Shown here: piece after piece, positions 59,289 through 64,000 of the stretch
Layout of the letters: every line of letters begins with the position of its first letter
Position numbering within the stretch: position 1 is the stretch's first letter
Assembly: GCA_014384675.1 (NCBI GenBank)
Contig: JACNFK010000020.1
Coordinates: 3,954-67,953, forward strand
Direction of reading: 5' to 3'
From: Candidatus Thiopontia autotrophica
GTDB taxonomy: Bacteria > Pseudomonadota > Gammaproteobacteria > GCF-002020875
Length of the DNA stretch: 64,000 bases
Made by a program: the position numbers and the translations under genes
Notes under the pieces: generated by a model
Databases searched by the model: none
Seen by the model: the letters and a program-made list of their open reading frames with translations, nothing else
What the model was told of the DNA's origin: nothing

Positions 59289-61187
59289 GTGGCTCTGGTT
59301 CAACTAAAGGATATCCAGCTCGCCTATGGTGATCTACCCCTGCTCGACCATGCCAACCTGATTATTGAGCGTGGTGAACGTCTCTGCCTGGTTGGACGAA
59401 ACGGAACTGGAAAATCAACTCTGCTAAAGGTTATTTCCGGAGATGCCACCGCAGAAGATGGCACAACAGAGATTGGTTCAACAAAAATATCACGTCTCAA
59501 ACAAGAGGTCCCCAAAGATACATCCGGCACTATTTATGATGTGACAGCCCAGGGAGTGGGTAAGATGGGTGCACTTATTGCAGAGTATCATCACCTTGTT
59601 CTGCAGCTTGCTGATGATTCATCTGAAAAAGCTCTCAACATAATGGCGTCCGTTCAACAGAAAATTGAGGCCGCTCATGGCTGGTCAATTCAACAACAGA
59701 TAGAGACCACTCTTTCAAAAATGGGGCTAGACCCGGAGGAGAATTTCTCAAGCCTCTCCGGAGGGATGAAAAGACGCGTACTGCTGGCGCAGGCTCTGGT
59801 GCAGAGCCCTGACCTGCTACTTCTGGATGAGCCAACCAACCATCTGGACATTGAATCAATTCAGTGGCTCGAAGAGTTTTTGCTCAATAGCCACATCACT
59901 CTGCTATTTATCACTCATGATCGCCAATTCCTGCGCAGACTTGCCACCAGAATTATTGAGCTGGACCGTGGAAACCTGACCGACTGGCCCGGCAACTATG
60001 ACACCTATCTGGAAAAGAAGGAGAAGGCTCTAGAGGAGGAGGAGCGCAACAACGCCCTCTTCGACAAGAAGCTGGCTCAGGAGGAGGTCTGGATTAGACA
60101 GGGGATAAAGGCTCGCCGCACCAGAAATGAGGGGCGAGTTCGGGCCTTGAAAGCCCTGCGTCAAGAGCGTAGTGAGCGCCGCAACCGTGCCGGCAATGTC
60201 AAAATGAGTGTGCAAAAGTCAGAGGCATCCGGAAAGAAGGTAATCAGGGCAAAGAATCTGCACCACAGATATGATGGTGCACCACTGATAAACTGCCTCT
60301 CTGTCAATATTCAGCGGGGTGATCGTATAGGTATCATCGGCCCCAACGGGGTTGGAAAAAGTACCCTGCTACGTATTCTTCTTGGTGAAACCGAGCCAGA
60401 CAAGGGGACCGTGCTACATGGCACCAAACTGCAGGTTGCCTACTTTGATCAGCTGAGAAACCAGCTCGATGAAAATAGATCAGTACAGGACAGTGTTGCC
60501 GATGGAAGCGACAATGTAACCATTAACGGCAACAGCAAACATGTAATCAGTTATCTGCAAGACTTCCTCTTCTCTCCACAACGAACCCGCAGCCCGGTAA
60601 GCACCCTATCCGGAGGTGAAAGAAATCGCCTGTTGTTGGCAAGACTATTCTCAAAACCATCTAATCTTCTGGTGATGGATGAGCCCACCAATGACCTTGA
60701 CGTTGAGACCCTGGAGCTTCTGGAGGAGTTGCTACTGGAATACAAGGGCACACTGCTCCTGGTAAGTCATGACCGTGCCTTCCTGAATAATGTCGTAACC
60801 AGTACCCTGGTTTTTGAGGGTGATGGAGAAATTAACGAATATGTTGGTGGTTATGATGACTGGATCCGCCAGTCAAAAACGGTCAGCTCCACCGCTCAAC
60901 CATCTCAACAAAAACAGGAGAAGAGGGATAACCCTCCAAAAAAATCCACCCCTGTAAAATTAAGTTACAAAGATAAACGGGAACTGGAGGCACTCCCAAA
61001 ACAGATTGAATCTCTAGAGAGTGAACAGGCTACAATCCACGCAACACTGGCAGACCCCAACTTTTATCAGAGTGAAGAGGATGAAGTAAGTAAAACAACT
61101 GAACGCCTAAATGAGATTGAACAACAACTCAGCGCAATGTATGAGCGCTGGGAGATGTTGGAGGAGATGAGTGGAGAGGATAAATAA
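59289..61187 (+). CDS. uup: ABC-F family ATPase with C-terminal coiled-coil (Uup-like)
   Basis: Two ABC cassettes (GRNGTGKST and GPNGVGKST; LSGGMKRR and LSGGERNR), an inter-domain linker and a ~90-aa C-terminal coiled-coil domain. Size and architecture match E. coli Uup. GTG start. Confidence 0.7.
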   Translation: MALVQLKDIQLAYGDLPLLDHANLIIERGERLCLVGRNGTGKSTLLKVISGDATAEDGTTEIGSTKISRLKQEVPKDTSGTIYDVTAQGVGKMGALIAEYHHLVLQLADDSSEKALNIMASVQQKIEAAHGWSIQQQIETTLSKMGLDPEENFSSLSGGMKRRVLLAQALVQSPDLLLLDEPTNHLDIESIQWLEEFLLNSHITLLFITHDRQFLRRLATRIIELDRGNLTDWPGNYDTYLEKKEKALEEEERNNALFDKKLAQEEVWIRQGIKARRTRNEGRVRALKALRQERSERRNRAGNVKMSVQKSEASGKKVIRAKNLHHRYDGAPLINCLSVNIQRGDRIGIIGPNGVGKSTLLRILLGETEPDKGTVLHGTKLQVAYFDQLRNQLDENRSVQDSVADGSDNVTINGNSKHVISYLQDFLFSPQRTRSPVSTLSGGERNRLLLARLFSKPSNLLVMDEPTNDLDVETLELLEELLLEYKGTLLLVSHDRAFLNNVVTSTLVFEGDGEINEYVGGYDDWIRQSKTVSSTAQPSQQKQEKRDNPPKKSTPVKLSYKDKRELEALPKQIESLESEQATIHATLADPNFYQSEEDEVSKTTERLNEIEQQLSAMYERWEMLEEMSGEDK

Positions 61188-61201
61188 TGGGTAGCGACAA
61201 G

Positions 61202-61420
61202 ATGGATTACAACTCACTTGAGTCTCGTCTGGAGGAGATTGAGAGCAGACTCTCATTTCAGGACAACCACATCCAGGAATTAAACGACATAATCAGCAAG
61301 CTTCAATTGGAGGTGATGACCATGGCTCAGCGTCTCAGTGATTCCGAGAGACAGATCCAGGAGATCACGCCCTCACTGATAAAGTCACTCTCGGAAGAGA
61401 CCCCTCCCCCTCATTACTGA
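61202..61420 (+). CDS. slyX: SlyX family protein
   Basis: LESRLEEIESRLSFQDNHIQELN... ends in EETPPPHY, the same C-terminus as E. coli SlyX. Confidence 0.85.
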   Translation: MDYNSLESRLEEIESRLSFQDNHIQELNDIISKLQLEVMTMAQRLSDSERQIQEITPSLIKSLSEETPPPHY

Positions 61421-61422
61421 TC

Positions 61423-62109
61423 ATGCCAGCTACGGAGCAGATAAAACTTGGGGAGAGCTGGAAGCAGGTCCTGCTACCTGAATTTGATAAACCATACATG
61501 GTCAAGCTGCGCGAGTTTCTACTGCAGCGTAAAAGGGGTGGGCACACCATCTTCCCCCCCTCTAACAGATGGTTCAATGCGTTCGACCACACCCCTTTTA
61601 AGAGAGTAAAAGTAGTTATTATTGGGCAGGATCCATACCATGGAGATGGTCAGGCTCATGGCCTCTGCTTCTCTGTACAGCCCAAAATAAAGATCCCTCC
61701 ATCTCTTGTTAATATCTATAAAGAGCTGGAATCAGACATTGGGGTTACAAACAGCACCGGAACCTTAACCAGCTGGGCTGATCAGGGGGTACTGCTACTG
61801 AATGCTGTGCTGACTGTTGAGAGCGGCAGTGCAGGTGCTCACCAGGGAAAAGGGTGGGAGACTTTTACAGATGCAGCCATTGACCACCTGAACCGCGAAC
61901 GTGACCATCTGGTTTTTATTCTGTGGGGGGCATATGCGCAGAAGAAGGGGCAACGAATTGATAGAGAGCATCACCTGGTTATCCAGGCACCACACCCCTC
62001 TCCGCTCTCAGCCCATAGAGGTTTTTTTGGTAGCCGCCCATTCTCTCAGACCAACGACTATCTACTCAGCCATGGCATCAAGCCGATAGAGTGGAAAATA
62101 GAGAGCTGA
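61423..62109 (+). CDS. ung: uracil-DNA glycosylase
   Basis: VVIIGQDPYHGDGQAHGLCFSV, LLLNAVLTV and HPSPLSAHRGFFG are collinear with E. coli Ung. Confidence 0.93.
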   Translation: MPATEQIKLGESWKQVLLPEFDKPYMVKLREFLLQRKRGGHTIFPPSNRWFNAFDHTPFKRVKVVIIGQDPYHGDGQAHGLCFSVQPKIKIPPSLVNIYKELESDIGVTNSTGTLTSWADQGVLLLNAVLTVESGSAGAHQGKGWETFTDAAIDHLNRERDHLVFILWGAYAQKKGQRIDREHHLVIQAPHPSPLSAHRGFFGSRPFSQTNDYLLSHGIKPIEWKIES

Positions 62110-62121
62110 TAGCTCTATAGG

Positions 62122-62856
62122 TCAGTAACGTCTGGGAGGATAGCCACCGGTTCTACGTCTGTCTGGAGCTCTGCGTTCGTAACGCTCACGTTTCGGCTCT
62201 ACCTCCACCTCTGGTGGCGTCCAGTAGAGGATACTGCCGTGCACCAGAATATCCTCACTCTTGTTGTCAAATACCTTGATTGGCTCCCAATAAGAGTAGC
62301 TCCCTTCACCCTGCACATCAGTGGTTGAACGCCACTCACACAGATAACGCTCAAACTGTCCACCCCTGTTGCAGTAGATTGTTGTGCCGTAATTAAGATC
62401 TACCTTAACTTCGGTCATGCTCATGGCTATCTCACACGGTCTACCACCACTTTTCTGTAGATCAGGATCATTATGCCACTCATACTCCTCCATGGTCATT
62501 GGGCTGTTCTTGCCATCAACCATTTTGGCCTCAACACGATGCTGGGTCATACGCATAAAACATCGGCCTGACTCATTTTTGTACAGGGTGCGTGTAGAGA
62601 GGTACCCATGCTCCTCATTATATTCGTTAAACACCATCACCTTCTGATAGAAAACATCCTCACCTGCAGTAGATTTTTCAACCGGCTTCACCTCCGAGGC
62701 AGTTGGCTGCTCTATCTCTTTTTTAATGCTCTCCTGCTCAAATTCAGATGCCTGCTTGGGCTGAATAAGAGCAATAAAGATCATGATGAACAACAGATCA
62801 AGCAGGGATGTAAGATGAACCTTGCTTCTTCTCTTGAGTGAAAGCCTCTCCATCAT
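62122..62856 (-). CDS. ExbD/TolR-like N-terminal anchor fused to a ~170-aa C-terminal domain of unknown function
   Basis: The N-terminus KVHLTSLLDLLFIMIFIAL matches the ExbD/TolR signature (basic - NLTPLIDVMLVLLIIF). The remainder (Cys, Trp and Tyr-rich: RCFMRM...RPCEIAM...YCNRGGQFERYLCEW...SYSYWEP) has no resemblance to ExbD periplasmic domains. C-terminal RRAPDRRRTGGYPPRRY tail. Confidence 0.6.
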   Translation of the reverse strand: MMERLSLKRRSKVHLTSLLDLLFIMIFIALIQPKQASEFEQESIKKEIEQPTASEVKPVEKSTAGEDVFYQKVMVFNEYNEEHGYLSTRTLYKNESGRCFMRMTQHRVEAKMVDGKNSPMTMEEYEWHNDPDLQKSGGRPCEIAMSMTEVKVDLNYGTTIYCNRGGQFERYLCEWRSTTDVQGEGSYSYWEPIKVFDNKSEDILVHGSILYWTPPEVEVEPKRERYERRAPDRRRTGGYPPRRY

Positions 62857-63476
62857 TACCCTAAATGAACTCTGGTAATAATATTTTTGAAATCGATACT
62901 CTCGTTAATCATGCGCTCAACCTTGGGGGCAATAAAACTCTCAACCATCATAAAGATGACTGAAAAACCGATACCCAGAATTGTTGTATCCATTGCCAAC
63001 ACAAATGCACTGGTCAAACGTGATGCATCAATACCGCCATCTCCGAATGCTGTGCCGGCAATTGCCAGAATTGTTCCCAAGATCCCCAACAGAGGGAAGA
63101 TCTGCACCATGGTGGACATAACGCTACTAGCGCTCTCTATCAGATAGTATCTGTTGTAGAGATTTCTCTCCGAGAGTCTGGAGACATTCTCCTTGATGAT
63201 TGCTGCGGCGCTCTTATCCAGCAGTATCTTGTTTGATAGATAGTGCAGGGCAGCATCAATCTTTTCATGTGACTTCTGTAGTGAGTCCTGATCCGGGGCA
63301 TCCGCAAACCCTTTTAGCAGATTACTGGATACATCATGCAACCTCAGACTGTGCCGTTTTAGAGAGGATGCTATAAGAGCGATAATGCCAATCTCGACTA
63401 TGGCAAGCAGATAAATCAGGGTAAAAATATTGTCAGTTACAACACTAAAAATACCCTGAACAGGGGAAACTTCCAT
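62856..63476 (-). CDS. MotA/TolQ/ExbB-family proton-channel protein
   Basis: C-terminal MotA_ExbB core FPLLGILGTILAIAGTAFGDGG...AMDTTILGIGFSVIFM. The stop overlaps the start of the ExbD-like gene. Confidence 0.75.
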   Translation of the reverse strand: MEVSPVQGIFSVVTDNIFTLIYLLAIVEIGIIALIASSLKRHSLRLHDVSSNLLKGFADAPDQDSLQKSHEKIDAALHYLSNKILLDKSAAAIIKENVSRLSERNLYNRYYLIESASSVMSTMVQIFPLLGILGTILAIAGTAFGDGGIDASRLTSAFVLAMDTTILGIGFSVIFMMVESFIAPKVERMINESIDFKNIITRVHLG

Positions 63477-63528
63477 ACGCGCCTCTTATGTTGGTGTTGA
63501 GGAGAATTGGCTGATTGTACATGAATGG

Positions 63529-64000
63529 CTATGCAAGATCCCCATAGTGCGTGAGCAATAACTCCTCCTTATCCTCCAGCTTCTGGTCCACCTCTCTCTT
63601 CTCCTGCAAAACCTCTTTCAGCTTCTGTTTGGCGCCATCCTCATAAATCTCTGGCTGCGCCAACCTCTCCTCCAGATCAGATCTAGCCACTTCAAGCTTC
63701 TCAATCTCCTGCTCCAGCCTGGCAACCACCCTTTTTAGTGGTGCCTGCTGTTTTCTCTGTTCTGCATCAAGCCGGCGCTGCTCCTTACGATTTATGTTCT
63801 CTCTCTGGGTATCACCACCGTCACCCTCTCTTGTCGTTGCCTCCACCTGCTTCCCGGAAGAGCGCAACCACTGCCCATAATCATCCAGGTCACCCTTAAA
63901 CTGCTCTGCCTCACCATCTGCAACCAGCATAAACTGATCTGCCACCCCCTCCAGCAGATAGCGATCATGAGAGACCACCACCAATGCGCCCTTAAATTCC
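63529..64000 (-). CDS. ABC-F family ATPase, C-terminal part only (N-terminus beyond window)
   Basis: The reverse frame continues open to the window edge: ...GALVVVSHDRYLLEGVADQF, then a charged coiled-coil tail rich in E, K, R and Q, typical of ABC-F C-termini. Confidence 0.7.
   Translation of the reverse strand, partial: EFKGALVVVSHDRYLLEGVADQFMLVADGEAEQFKGDLDDYGQWLRSSGKQVEATTREGDGGDTQRENINRKEQRRLDAEQRKQQAPLKRVVARLEQEIEKLEVARSDLEERLAQPEIYEDGAKQKLKEVLQEKREVDQKLEDKEELLLTHYGDLA

Noticed and set aside
1-64000. CRISPR arrays, rRNA genes, prophage or integrase/transposase genes
   Set aside because: No regularly spaced direct repeats, no rRNA-like conserved stretches, and no integrase or transposase-like ORFs were seen. 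The only mobile-looking feature is the 133-bp MITE-like element.

Overview
This window is chromosomal DNA from what looks like a gammaproteobacterial sulfur-oxidising autotroph. The taxon call rests on E. coli-like gene orders (yejABEF-like, tig-clpP-clpX-lon-tRNA-ppiD, pcnB-folK-panBCD) sitting beside flavocytochrome c sulfide dehydrogenase fccAB and a cluster of c-type cytochromes. It has three blocks. Block one (1-16.6 kb) is housekeeping: a peptide ABC transporter, fabI, ppiD, tRNA-Asp, tRNA-Val, lon, clpX, clpP, tig and acs. Block two (16.8-24.6 kb) is a periplasmic sulfide-oxidation and electron-transfer island: a dihaem c4-like cytochrome, a NapC/NirT-like tetrahaem cytochrome, a secreted ankyrin-repeat protein, fccAB, a 133-bp MITE-like inverted-repeat element, an FGE-domain protein with four N-terminal repeats, cytochrome c5, a DUF3301-like protein and a rhodanese. 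It is followed by ppc and the panDCB-folK-pcnB operon. Block three is the main discovery candidate: a ~21-kb run of co-directional genes (31655-52855, + strand). It encodes a membrane-anchor-less three-subunit fumarate-reductase-like enzyme (SdhB-like Fe-S subunit, NadB/FrdA-like flavoprotein, NuoF-like NADH module), 2-oxoglutarate:ferredoxin oxidoreductase korAB, an 839-aa protein of unknown function with a C-terminal single-cluster ferredoxin domain, rnfB, a divergent 1258-aa PFOR-like oxidoreductase, sucCD, rnfCDGEA, a small Cys-containing membrane ORF and mdh. I read this as a ferredoxin-dependent reductive-TCA-type carbon-fixation module wired directly to an Rnf ferredoxin:NAD+ energy-coupling complex, with at least two proteins I cannot assign to characterised families. 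The window ends with hemN, prmB, thioredoxin, mogA, a second Lon paralog, an ABC-F ATPase (uup-like), slyX, ung, an ExbB/ExbD-like pair whose ExbD-like member carries a novel C-terminal domain, and a truncated second ABC-F gene. I saw no CRISPR array, rRNA, or integrase/transposase genes.
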